Shown one piece after another: positions 38,634 through 47,999 of a stretch of 47,999 bases of DNA; positions within the stretch are counted from its first letter, which is position 1, and each line of letters opens with the position of its first letter. The notes beneath the pieces were generated by a model. The model did no database searches. It was given only the letters and a program-made list of their open reading frames with translations, and was not told the origin of the DNA. The DNA comes from Gemmatimonadota bacterium (GTDB taxonomy: Bacteria; Gemmatimonadota; Gemmatimonadetes; Longimicrobiales; Gaopeijiaceae). Position numbers and translations under genes: made by a program. The stretch lies in the NCBI GenBank assembly GCA_039589315.1, contig JBDHHQ010000028.1:1-47999 (forward strand). Direction: 5' to 3'.

Positions 38634-39216
38634 TTCTGGGCGGTGCACAGAGAGTCTCGAGCCGCTCGAGCGCCGCGCTCTCGACCCCGGCCGCATCCAC
38701 CTCTGGGCCGCCGGCGTCCTCCGAAGGCATCCCCTCGGGCGAGCCGTCGCGCTCCCCGCCGGGAGAGCCCCCGTCGGGCAAGCCCACCCACACCCAAAGG
38801 ACCGTATCCGCCGGCTCGCTCCAGGTCACGTCCACCTGGACCTGCACGGTGGGTCCGGCGTCATAGCTGACCGGAACCTGCTGTCCCGCACGGGTCGTGA
38901 CGGCTACCACCGGGGTGCCCGCCCCGGCCAGGTCCACGACGCGGATATCCCACTCGCCCCGGTTCACATCGGCCACCTGGAACCACCCTTCGAAGCGAAA
39001 TCCCATCGTGGGCACCCGGGCGCCCGTGTAGCTTCCCTGCCCGTCCACGATGTCGAGAGCCAGCCACGTGCCCCCCTCCTGCATCACCTTGAAGAGCTGG
39101 TCCAGCGTCTGGGCCGAGGCGGACTGGGGCGGGACCGTCAGCGCGGCAGCGAGCGCCGAGAGGCACAGGATCGGGCCCAGGAGCGGCCGATCGGCCCGCC
39201 CGAGCGTCCTCCGCAT
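38620..39216 (-). CDS. Hypothetical exported protein
   Basis: From ATG 39216: signal peptide ending ASA-Q, a beta-rich domain and an acidic tail. Confidence 0.65.
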   Translation of the reverse strand: MRRTLGRADRPLLGPILCLSALAAALTVPPQSASAQTLDQLFKVMQEGGTWLALDIVDGQGSYTGARVPTMGFRFEGWFQVADVNRGEWDIRVVDLAGAGTPVVAVTTRAGQQVPVSYDAGPTVQVQVDVTWSEPADTVLWVWVGLPDGGSPGGERDGSPEGMPSEDAGGPEVDAAGVESAALERLETLCAPPRISGA

Positions 39217-39386
39217 GACCCGGATCGTCAACCACGCCGCCTGGATCGCCACCCGTGCTGGACGCGTAGTCCGGCTCACCGCCCGCCTGGAACCGAGGGG
39301 GACGGCAGTGCCAAACAACTTCCGACGAGGGCTCCGGCGGTGCATCTTTCTTGTAACGATGTCACACCTGAACATATGTTTGCGAC

Positions 39387-40250
39387 ATGGCTGCTCGACC
39401 CATCGCTGCATCGACGATCTCCTTCGGCCTGGTCTCGCTCCCGGTCAAGCTGTTCTCCGCGTCCGAGACCAAACGTAAGATCTCCTTCAACATGCTGAAT
39501 GAGAAGACGGGGAACCGTCTCAAGCAGCAGTACATCGACTCCGAGTCCGGGGACCTCGTCACGCGGGATGAGATGATCAAGGGCTACGAGTTCGCGAAGA
39601 ACCAGTACGTGACCTTTACACCGGACGAGCTCAAAGCGATCGAACAGGCGAAGACGGACGCCATCGAGATCGTCGAGTTCGTCCCCGCCGATCAGGTCGA
39701 CCGCATCTTCTTCGCCAAGGCCTACTACCTCGGTCCGGACAGAGGCGGTGCCCGGGCGTACCGGCTCTTGTCGGCCGCCCTGCGGGACACGGGTCGCGTG
39801 GCCGTCGCCAAGTACGCCACCCGGGGCAAGCAGTACCTGGTGATGATCCGTCCCCAGGAGGACGGGCTGCTCATGGAGCAGCTTCACTACGCGGACGAGG
39901 TGCGCGACTTCGCCGAGGTGGAGCTGGAGGACGGGGATGTGAGCGACGCGGAGCTGGAGTTGGCCCGCCAGCTCATCGCGCAGGCCTCCAGCGACGAGTT
40001 CCGCCCCGAAGCCTATACGGACGAGGTCAGGGAACGGATGCTGGAGCTGATCCAGTCGAAGGTCGACGGCGAAGAGATCACCGTCGTTGCCGAAGAGCCG
40101 CCCCAGACCCAGATCATCGATCTCATGGCCGCCCTCAAGGCCAGCCTGGAAGGCGGTGAGGCCGCCGAGGGCGAGAAGAAGCCGGCGAGCCGGGCCGAGA
40201 AGAAGCCCGCCGCCAAGAAATCCACCAAGAAGAAGGCCGCCTCAGGCTGA
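39387..40250 (+). CDS. ku: Ku protein (NHEJ DNA end-binding)
   Basis: ISFGLVSLPVKL, KGYE, YYLGP and IIDLMAALKASL motifs; Lys/Ala-rich C-terminal tail. Confidence 0.96.
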   Translation: MAARPIAASTISFGLVSLPVKLFSASETKRKISFNMLNEKTGNRLKQQYIDSESGDLVTRDEMIKGYEFAKNQYVTFTPDELKAIEQAKTDAIEIVEFVPADQVDRIFFAKAYYLGPDRGGARAYRLLSAALRDTGRVAVAKYATRGKQYLVMIRPQEDGLLMEQLHYADEVRDFAEVELEDGDVSDAELELARQLIAQASSDEFRPEAYTDEVRERMLELIQSKVDGEEITVVAEEPPQTQIIDLMAALKASLEGGEAAEGEKKPASRAEKKPAAKKSTKKKAASG

Positions 40251-40263
40251 GATTCGTCCCCCG

Positions 40264-41151
40264 TTGATCGCTACCCGAGAGGACAGAGGATACACGACCC
40301 GCCAGATCGCCGAGGTCGTGGGAATCCCCGGAGGGCAGGTCCGGTCCCTGGTTCGTGAGGGGCTACTCGACCCCGAGCGCGGCCCCGGCGGGGAGCTCCG
40401 CTTCACGTTCCGTGACCTCGTCCTTCTGCGGACCACGAAGGAGCTGCGGGCCGCGGGCGTCTCACCGCGGAGGGTCCGCCGGGCTCTGCGCAAGCTGCAA
40501 CATGACCTCGAGCATGGCGGCTCCCTGTCCCAGGTCCGCATCGAGGCCGCCGGCGACCGCGTAGTCGTCCGGGACGCCGCGGGCCTCTGGGAGCCGGAGT
40601 CGGGCCAGGTGGAGCTGGACTTTCCCGGGGAGTTCACGGGCAGAGAGCCGGCGTCCGAAGGCGGTGGCGTCGCGGCGATCGGAACGGCCTCGTCCGACCG
40701 GGCGCCAGAGGGGCCGTTAGAGAGTCCGGCGTCCGGCACGGCCGACGAGTGGTACAACCTGGGCATCGACCTCGAGGCCACGGCACCCGACGAGGCACTG
40801 AAGGCGTACGAGAGCGCTCTGGGGATCCGGCCCGATCACGCTGACGCCCGCACCAATCGGGGCAGGCTGCTCCACGAGAGGGGTGACGTCGAAGCGGCCG
40901 AGGCCTGCTACCGGGCCGCGCTGGACGCCGAACCGCACAACGCCCTGGCCGCCTTCAACCTCGGCGTGGCGTTGGAAGACCTGGGTCGCCCGGCAGCGGC
41001 CGCTCGGGCCTACGAGCGGGCGTTGCACGCCGACCCGGGCCTGGCATCGGCGCACTTCAACCTTGCGCGCCTGTGCGAGCGGGAGGGACGCGAGGACGCG
41101 GCCCTCGGGCATCTGTCCGACTACCGGCGCCTGACCCAGGGTCGGGCCTGA
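40264..41151 (+). CDS. MerR-like HTH plus tetratricopeptide repeat protein
   Basis: YTTRQIAEVVG...FTFRDLVLLRTTKEL (MerR-like) followed by about 3-4 TPRs (ADARTNRGRLLHERG, AAFNLGVALEDLG, AHFNLARL). Start probably TTG 40264. Confidence 0.85.
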   Translation: MIATREDRGYTTRQIAEVVGIPGGQVRSLVREGLLDPERGPGGELRFTFRDLVLLRTTKELRAAGVSPRRVRRALRKLQHDLEHGGSLSQVRIEAAGDRVVVRDAAGLWEPESGQVELDFPGEFTGREPASEGGGVAAIGTASSDRAPEGPLESPASGTADEWYNLGIDLEATAPDEALKAYESALGIRPDHADARTNRGRLLHERGDVEAAEACYRAALDAEPHNALAAFNLGVALEDLGRPAAAARAYERALHADPGLASAHFNLARLCEREGREDAALGHLSDYRRLTQGRA

Positions 41152-41210
41152 GCGCCCTTCGGGCGCAAGGTCCGGCAGCATCCCCGCCCTACCCGTCCAC
41201 CCCCGGGGCA

Positions 41211-42392
41211 CTACCCCCGCCAGTCACTGGCCAGCGACAACACCCGGCTCACGTCGCCGTCGTTGTTGTACATGTGGGTGGAGAAGCGCAGCACGCCCCG
41301 CCGGATGGACAGTCGGACACCGTGTCGGGTCAGATGCCCGTGCAGAGAGTTGAGCCGCGGGTCGTCCGTGCTGTCGTGCCGGCCACCCCGCTCGCCCACG
41401 GCCACGATGTGTCCCAGATCGGCCCCCTTGCCCCCGGCCAACGGTAGCCCCAGGTCCGCCATCCCCTCGGAGAGCGTGCGTGCCAGACGCCGCGCGTGGG
41501 CTTCGATGGCCACCGTCCCGACGTCGAGCAGGAGACCCAGAGCCGCGTCCGCCGCCACGGTCCCGAGGTAGTTGTAGTTGCCCAGGTCGAAGCGGCGAGC
41601 CCCGGGGCGGAGCACCACCTCCCCGGTGTCCAGCGCGGTCTCATGGGCGTCATCGCCCACGGCCACGCCGTACCGGGCCAGGTACGAGGGCCTGAGCCGA
41701 TCGGCCCACTCGCGGCGGCAGTAGAGAAACCCCGTGCCGTAGAACGAGCCGATGGCCTTCTGCGTCGCGGTAGCCAGTCCGTCCACACCCATGGCCTCCA
41801 CGTCCGTGTGGATCACCCCTACCGACTGTGCCGCGTCGACCAGGAAAAACGCGCCGACCCGGGTGCATGCGGCGGAGATGGGCGCCAGGTCGGTGATCAG
41901 ACCGGGCGAGAACGAGACGGTGGGCACGGTGACCAGACGAGTGCGGTCGTCCACGGCCTCGGCCATGGCCGCCGCGGGCACCGCGCCCCCGACCGACTCG
42001 ACCATCCGTACCGCGATGCCCAGACGGTCCCGCAGGTTGAGCCAGGGATACACGTTGTTGGGGTGCTCCAGCGCGGCGCAGATCACGACATTGTCGCCCG
42101 GGGCCCACGGCAACGCGTTGGCGACGGCGTTGAGACCTTCGGAGGTGTTCTTCATCAGCGCCACCTCGTCGGCGCTCGCGCCGATGAGCCGGGCAAGCCG
42201 CTCCCGCGCCCGCTCCACCGTCGCGAACATGGCCGCCTTGTCGCCTCCGTCCCGGACGCGTCCGTCGACGTGGTCCGCCACGGCGTCCCGCACTACCGTC
42301 GAGACCAGGCCCTTCACCGACGTGTCCAGGTAGGTGACGTTGGCGGCGCCCGGGAAGAGGGTCCGCACGGCATCCATCGTCATTGCGCTCAC
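41211..42392 (-). CDS. Aminotransferase class V-fold PLP enzyme
   Basis: TYLDT, NTSEGLN, EHPNN, VDAAQSVG, TQK (PLP Lys) and LRFSTHMYN motifs. Confidence 0.88.
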   Translation of the reverse strand: MSAMTMDAVRTLFPGAANVTYLDTSVKGLVSTVVRDAVADHVDGRVRDGGDKAAMFATVERARERLARLIGASADEVALMKNTSEGLNAVANALPWAPGDNVVICAALEHPNNVYPWLNLRDRLGIAVRMVESVGGAVPAAAMAEAVDDRTRLVTVPTVSFSPGLITDLAPISAACTRVGAFFLVDAAQSVGVIHTDVEAMGVDGLATATQKAIGSFYGTGFLYCRREWADRLRPSYLARYGVAVGDDAHETALDTGEVVLRPGARRFDLGNYNYLGTVAADAALGLLLDVGTVAIEAHARRLARTLSEGMADLGLPLAGGKGADLGHIVAVGERGGRHDSTDDPRLNSLHGHLTRHGVRLSIRRGVLRFSTHMYNNDGDVSRVLSLASDWRG

Positions 42393-42521
42393 CGGCGTGC
42401 TCCCGCCCTTCTGCTCACCTGAGAGCTCCAACCGAGCCGGGACCGAGCTCAGGCGACTGCGTTGTGGCCCGCTTCCCTCCGCTCTCACCGCACCGTCCCC
42501 GGACGCCCCCGGTGGTCGTCT

Positions 42522-43826
42522 TCACCAGGACTCCTCGAGGAGTCCTTCGCTCTTCGCGATCAGGGTCGTGCCGACCATGTCTCCCATGACGTTGGTGGTC
42601 GTGATCCCCATGTCCACGAGACGGTAGATCCCGCCTACCAGGGCGGCGATCTCCAGGGGCAAGCTGAACGCCTGCACGAAGATGAGCGCGATAACCAGAC
42701 CGCCCCCGGGAATACCTCCCGATCCCTCGGACAGCAACAGCCCGACCAGCACGATGGTCACCTGCTGTGCCAGCGAGAACTCGACCCCGGCGGCCTGCGC
42801 TGTGAACAGCAACACGCCCGCCAGCATGATGCTGGTCCCGTCCTTGTTGACCTGGGCTCCCAGCGGGAGCGTAAACGCATAGACGGGCCTTGGCAGATGG
42901 AGCTTCTCCTCGGCCACTTCGAGGGCCACGGACAAGCTGGCCAGCGAGCTGCACGTGGCGGCGGTCGTCGCCCAGAGGGTACCGGTTCGGCGCAGGAACC
43001 CCGCTGGAGAGCGTCGCGCGTAGGTGGCCAGGAGCGTCATGTACAGCGTCACCATCAGGGCCTGGGCACCCCAGACGCCCACGATGAACAGCGCCAGCGG
43101 TCCGAACACCTCGGAGCCGTACTGCCCTACGGTAGCGGCGGCCAGTGCACCGATCCCCAGGGGCCCCACTTTCATGATCAGGTCCACCAGCTTGCGCAGC
43201 AGCTCGGCCGCCAGGTCGAACCCTTTCTGCAGCGGCTGCCGGCGTGCCTCAGGCAGCAGGAGCGTGGCGACTCCCAGGAGGACGCTGAACACGACGATCT
43301 GCGCCACGCTCCCGTCCGCGAAGGCCCGGAAGACGTTCTCGGGGACGAGGTCCAGGATGATCTGCGTGACCCGCGGGACATCGCCGAACGACGCGTCCAC
43401 GGGCTGGCTGAGCTGCATGCCCCGACCCGGCTTCAGCAGGTGCATGACCGACAGGCCCAGGACGAGCGCCAGCGTGGTGGTGAACAGGTAGTAGGCCACC
43501 GTCTTGGTGGCCAACCGTCCCAGCGACGTGAGATCGGTGAGGGCCGTGAGCCCGGCCAACAGGTTGAAGAAGACGAGCGGAATGGCCGCCATGATCAGCA
43601 GCCGAATGAACAGGTCGCCCAGGGGTTGAACCACCGTGGCTCGCTCTCCGAAAACTAGGCCAGCCACGATTCCCACGACCATCCAGACCAGGATGCGCGT
43701 GCCCAACCCGAGCCGGCGGTAACGATCCAGCAGCCCGCCGTTCGGGACGTCCGCGGGGATGCTCCAGTCGGGATCGCTCCCGCCGCCCGGCGGCCCGCCA
43801 GAGCCGGGCGCTCCGGTGCCGCTCAC
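42522..43826 (-). CDS. Dicarboxylate/amino acid:cation symporter (DAACS/GltP family)
   Basis: GDLFIRLLIM, TCSSLASL, LPLGAQVNKDGT and DMGITTTNVMGD motifs; GTGA overlap with the methyltransferase. Confidence 0.92.
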   Translation of the reverse strand: MSGTGAPGSGGPPGGGSDPDWSIPADVPNGGLLDRYRRLGLGTRILVWMVVGIVAGLVFGERATVVQPLGDLFIRLLIMAAIPLVFFNLLAGLTALTDLTSLGRLATKTVAYYLFTTTLALVLGLSVMHLLKPGRGMQLSQPVDASFGDVPRVTQIILDLVPENVFRAFADGSVAQIVVFSVLLGVATLLLPEARRQPLQKGFDLAAELLRKLVDLIMKVGPLGIGALAAATVGQYGSEVFGPLALFIVGVWGAQALMVTLYMTLLATYARRSPAGFLRRTGTLWATTAATCSSLASLSVALEVAEEKLHLPRPVYAFTLPLGAQVNKDGTSIMLAGVLLFTAQAAGVEFSLAQQVTIVLVGLLLSEGSGGIPGGGLVIALIFVQAFSLPLEIAALVGGIYRLVDMGITTTNVMGDMVGTTLIAKSEGLLEESW

Positions 43827-44596
43827 AGGCGCCCCCAATAGGTGAGCGCGTCGTACTCGACACGCACCGTCCCACCGAGCTGATAGCGACGGAAGAGCTG
43901 GCGAGCGGCAGTCACCATCCCCCCCCGATCCGGGTGCTGACGCCCAGGCAAGTACGAGCTGGAGAAGAACCGGTCGAGGAGGCCTTGTTCGTCCAGCGTC
44001 TGCACGTTGGGGAACGCCCGCTCCCTGTACTCGCCATCCCGAAAGAACAGCCCGAGCCTGGCTGGGTCGGCGTGCCTTCCAGCCACGGTGTCGTAGTCGG
44101 TGCCCCACTCGACGAGAAAGGCCTCGTACGCCTGGAGGAACGGCGAGCCGGTGAGCCTGCGGTGGTTCCAGACCACGACCGTCCAGCCGCCTGGGGACAG
44201 GACTCGGCCGAGCTCCATGGAGGCTCGAGTGGGGTCGAACCAGTGGAACGCCTGTCCGGCCACCACGAAGTCGGCCACGCCGTCGGAAAGGCCCGTGTCT
44301 TCGGCGCTCCCGGCGACGCTCACGAACCGATCGTCGCCTCCGAGCGACGCCTCCGCTGCCTGGCGCATCGCTTCGTTGGGCTCCACGGCGATGACCCGGT
44401 TCCCCAGCGCCAGGAGCTGGCCGCTCAGTATGCCCGTGCCCGAGCCCACGTCGACGATCGTATGATGCGGCCGGAGCCCGAGATCCTCCCCCAGGAAACG
44501 GAGGAGGGCAGGTGGGTACGAGGGGCGCGAACGGACGTAGGACGCCACCCGGTCGGTGAAGCGGGTCGTGGGTCCGAGCGACTCCGGCCCGCTCAC
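43823..44596 (-). CDS. Class I SAM-dependent methyltransferase
   Basis: RFTDRVASYVRSRPSYP, VDVGSGTG and AGQAFHWFD motifs. Confidence 0.92.
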   Translation of the reverse strand: MSGPESLGPTTRFTDRVASYVRSRPSYPPALLRFLGEDLGLRPHHTIVDVGSGTGILSGQLLALGNRVIAVEPNEAMRQAAEASLGGDDRFVSVAGSAEDTGLSDGVADFVVAGQAFHWFDPTRASMELGRVLSPGGWTVVVWNHRRLTGSPFLQAYEAFLVEWGTDYDTVAGRHADPARLGLFFRDGEYRERAFPNVQTLDEQGLLDRFFSSSYLPGRQHPDRGGMVTAARQLFRRYQLGGTVRVEYDALTYWGRL

Positions 44597-44609
44597 CGGC
44601 GCCTCTGCG

Positions 44610-44924
44610 TCAGGACGCGGCCATGCGGTCCAGGAAGGCCTTCTCGCTCGGAGTCAGCTTTTCGGAGCCCAGGGCTCGCACCTTCTCCAGAAGCCGCTCC
44701 ACCTCGGAACGGTTGACCTCGTGGATGTTCCTCTGGAGAATGGATTCCCACCGCTCGTGTCGCTCGATTCTCCGTACGCCGGGGGCGGCGTAGTGGGAGT
44801 TGGGCTCCTCACGGACGCGGTAACGCCCCTTGCGGGCGTCGACGCGGCGTCGGAACCACAGACCCGTGCCGAACCCGGTCAGAAATACGAGCGTCAGGAC
44901 GATCAGCCAAGCAGTCACAGACAC
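44610..44924 (-). CDS. Small membrane protein with DUF6576-like C-terminal helical domain
   Basis: One N-terminal TM helix; C-terminus EVERLLEKVRALGSEKLTPSEKAFLDRM. Confidence 0.7.
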   Translation of the reverse strand: MSVTAWLIVLTLVFLTGFGTGLWFRRRVDARKGRYRVREEPNSHYAAPGVRRIERHERWESILQRNIHEVNRSEVERLLEKVRALGSEKLTPSEKAFLDRMAAS

Positions 44925-45021
44925 GGTCGACTCAATCCTACGAATCGTCGGGATTCCACGCTATGCTAATCAATATAGACGAGTCAAGGTGCCAAAAAGT
45001 TGCGGCAGGGAGGCAGCCCTC

Positions 45022-45714
45022 ATGACGACGGGCGCTAGATACAGCCGAGAGCTGCGGTTCGTGGCGACGGAATCGTCCGGTGAGGTAACGGCGCTCATCG
45101 ACGCTGCCCCCGATCCCTGGGCGATGTTGGTGCTGGCCCACGGCGCCGGCGCCGGCATGCGGCATCGGTTCATGGAAGCGTTGACGGATCGACTGGTCGG
45201 GCGGGGCCTCTCCGTGTTCCGGTACAATTTCCCCTATATGGAGCAGGGCCGGAAGCGGCCGGACCATGCTCCGAAGCTGCTGAAGACCGTCCGATCCGCG
45301 GTCTCCGCAGCCCGGGACGAGGCCCGTGGGCTTCCGCTCCTGGCCGGAGGCAAATCCATGGGCGGCAGGATGACCTCTCAGGTGGCGGCGGCCGGCGACA
45401 TCGGCGAAGTCCGGGGCCTGGTCTTCTTCGGCTTCCCCCTGCACGCCCCGGGGAAGCCTGGGACGGAACGTGCGGCACACCTGGCAGACGTCGGACAGGC
45501 GATGCTGTTGTTGCAGGGACCACGAGACAGCCTGGCCCGGCTGGAGCTCATCACCGAGGTGGTAGAGCCGTTGCGACCGCGGGCGACCCTGCACGTCGTG
45601 GAAGGTGCGGACCATGGGTTCCACGTCCTCAAGCGGTCGGGACGCACGGACGAGGAGGTGTTGGACGAGCTGGCGGAATCCACGGCGCGGTGGGCGCGGG
45701 TGCTCGTGACCTGA
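45022..45714 (+). CDS. Alpha/beta hydrolase (KANL3/Tex30-like)
   Basis: LAHGAGAGM, RYNFPY, GGKSMGGR, GFPLH and GADHGF motifs; GGAGG RBS. Confidence 0.9.
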   Translation: MTTGARYSRELRFVATESSGEVTALIDAAPDPWAMLVLAHGAGAGMRHRFMEALTDRLVGRGLSVFRYNFPYMEQGRKRPDHAPKLLKTVRSAVSAARDEARGLPLLAGGKSMGGRMTSQVAAAGDIGEVRGLVFFGFPLHAPGKPGTERAAHLADVGQAMLLLQGPRDSLARLELITEVVEPLRPRATLHVVEGADHGFHVLKRSGRTDEEVLDELAESTARWARVLVT

Positions 45715-45893
45715 CACGGTCGATCGACGCGTCCGCGGTCCGGCCGGATGAACTACCGGGACCGCGCCCTACTTTCCCATCGCTCCCGCTCCGTGGGCGG
45801 TCCCGGGTCCGACCATCCGACCCGACGGGCCGGCGCCCGGACCCGGCCGAGAAGCCGAGCCCGGGAGCCGAATACCCTACCTGATCCGTCCGC

Positions 45894-47770
45894 CTACGGG
45901 TTGATCGTCCCGAAGCGGGTCGCTCCGAGATTGGTCGCGCCCTCTACGATGGGCGACTCGCCGCCTCCACCGCCCTGGAAGCCCGAGCCCAGGACCGTCC
46001 AGAACGTCTCCGCGCTGCCCAGACCCCAGTCGTTCTGCCAACCTGCCGCCCCGGACAGGTCGGGTACGGCGATGTCCAACGTGGCGCCTACCCCGAAGCC
46101 CTCGAACACCAGGATGGAGACGAACCGTTCGTCCTGGCCGTACCCGATGGTCCAGAAGCGGTCGTACTCCGACTGCGTCGGCAGCTGCATCCGGGGTCGC
46201 ACCACGGGGCTCGTGGCCGCGATCGTCACGGTCGGGCTCGAGAGCTCCGGTCCCAGGGTGATGGTCTTGTCGACCGCGTCCTTGAACCATGTCGTGACGT
46301 TCCGCGAGGTCACGGGCTCGTCGTTCTGGAGCGCCGTGGCAGTGACGGTGAGGGAGTGGAGGTCACCATCGGCCTGCTCCCCGCTCGGGACGCCGAAGTA
46401 CGACGAGGCCGCCAACGACGGTGAGAAGAACGAACCGAAGCTGGCGCCGTTCTTGGTGGCATATCCGCCGAAGACGAAGAGGAACTGTCCCATGTCGTTG
46501 GTGACGGTGAGGTTCCGCTCCACCGGTGCGAACGCCTCCGAGGAATTGAAGTCGAGGACCGGCAGCACCGAGCCGTCTGCCGGGTCCAGATCCCGGCGGA
46601 TGATCAAGGCGTCCAAGACGTCGCTGAAGCCGCCCATGCCATCGGACTGGAACCCGCCGCGGCTGGCGATAAGGTCCACGGGACCCAGCGAGACCCCATC
46701 GAGGGAAAACGCCGACCCTCCGCCCTGGACGGCGGCGCTCGCCCCGCCCATGGTCACGAAGCCCCTCTGGGTGACACCGACACCGGCCATCGTGCCCGTC
46801 ACCATCTTCGTCGTCTCACGATCCTCGCAGACGCCCGCGCCGATGGCCTGTAGCTCGTCACGCGAGCCGTAGTACACGACCAGGATCGAGCCGCCGTCCG
46901 TGGTGACCCAAGCGACCCCTGCGGTGTTCGAGCTGATGTCGAACGAGTAGGTCGCGGGAGGCGTCGCCGTGGCCTGGGTCCAGGCGCCCGCTCCATCCTG
47001 GTATGCCACCCACACCGGAAGGCCGGTGTCCTCACAGAAGGTGAAGCTGACGTTGCCGGAGCCAGAGGACGCGGTCACGGTGACGGAGAGTGATGCCGAG
47101 TTGCTTTCGACACCTGCGCCGCTGCCGACCACGGTCACCGTGTAGCTGCCCGGCGCCTGTCCGGCCGGCACCGACACACTCAACGCTGAGCTGGTGCCCG
47201 AGACGGTGGCCGGATCGAAGGTGGCCTGGAGGCCGGCCGGGTCGCTGGTGGCCGTGAGGCTCACGTCTCCCGTGAAGTCCGTGCGCGTCACGGTCACCGT
47301 GGCGCTGCCGGTCGCCCCCTGAGCGATGGAAAGGGAGGACGGAGACAGGCTGAGGCTGATCTCTCCCGCCGGCGGGGCCGTGGCGGTGACCGTGAGGGCC
47401 ACGCTTGCGGTCTTCGCCGTGATCCCGCTGGCCGAGCCGCGCACCGTCAGCGTGCTCGCACCGGCGGCCGCCGACCCGGAAGCCGTCAGCGTCACCGTGC
47501 CGGACGACTGACCGGAGGCGACCGTGAGGGCGCTGGCGGTCACGCCGGTCGGAAGTCCCTCCACCGTGACCGTCACGGCCCCGCTGAAGCCACCGGAGCG
47601 GGAGATCGTCACGGTGACGTTCACGTCACCGCGAGCGGCAGCGGCCGGTGCGGCCGCGGGATCACCCGCCTGCACGGTGACGGAGGAGGGCGAGACCGCC
47701 ATGGTCAGCTCAGAAGCGGAGTCGCGGCCAAGCCGACCACCATAGCAACCAACCGACGTTTCACGAACAT
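45894..47770 (-). pseudogene. Surface (lipo)protein with tandem Ig-like repeats; signal peptide out of frame (possible pseudogene or assembly error)
   Basis: Body ORF 45894..47702 has two Ser/Thr/Val-rich repeats (SPSSVTVQAG, SPSSLSIAQG). A signal peptide with a GGAGGT RBS (ATG 47770, MFVKRRLVAMVVGLAATPLLS) stops at TGA 47705-47707 in another frame. Confidence 0.6.
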
Positions 47771-47999
47771 GAGAGGCACCTCCCCAGGGTTCATCGTAAC
47801 CGGAACCTTCGTGGCGGCGGGCGGGGCGCCGTCTTCACACATAAGAGAACGACGAGGAGAGCGCAAAGCCGCCAGCGGGGTCGCACACGGTGAGGTCGGA
47901 AGATCAGGAACCGTCGTTTGCCGGCCGGTAGCGGGACACTCCACCGCGCATGCCCGTGGATGTCCGGCCAGACATTCGCGACGGTCATGGTCGAACAGC

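Noticed and set aside
47705..47707. TGA at the lipobox Cys position read as selenocysteine
   Set aside because: Readthrough stays out of frame with the protein body and hits another stop within about 30 codons.
47855..47890. GCAAAGCC...AGCGGGGT resembling a c-di-GMP-I riboswitch
   Set aside because: Wrong strand for the adjacent gene, and the P2 stem/GNRA loop and P3 spacing are missing.
1..47999. CRISPR arrays, tRNA/rRNA, IS elements, prophage or defence systems
   Set aside because: No regularly spaced repeats, cloverleaf motifs, transposase, integrase or phage genes were recognised by eye.

Overview
GC-rich (~70%) bacterial chromosomal window with about 45 tightly packed CDS. No rRNA, tRNA, CRISPR array or transposase was recognised. 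The gene repertoire (PadR plus ADOP-type permease, CBM9/DUF5916 protein, TonB receptor, DUF3179) suggests a Gemmatimonadota- or Acidobacteriota-like diderm; this is inference only. The centrepiece (27300-38633) is a 12-gene, mostly translationally coupled operon headed by a PaaX-family repressor. It encodes the anaerobic benzoyl-CoA ring-reduction and cleavage route (Oah, Dch, class I benzoyl-CoA reductase C-B-A-D, Had). It also carries four unexpected genes: a 95-aa CxxC protein, a membrane Fe-S protein, a tryptophanase-type beta-eliminating lyase and a hemerythrin. This block, with a divergent MaoC dehydratase, lies between the NHEJ genes ligD and ku; ku is followed by a MerR-HTH-TPR gene. 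Other content: a threonine catabolism pair (SDR threonine dehydrogenase and kbl), several hydrolases, and clear operator palindromes at the MarR, PadR, ArsR and PaaX genes. There is also a candidate sigma54 promoter before an orphan gene, and a surface protein gene whose signal peptide is out of frame with the rest of the gene. All family calls are from motif recognition by eye, not database searches.
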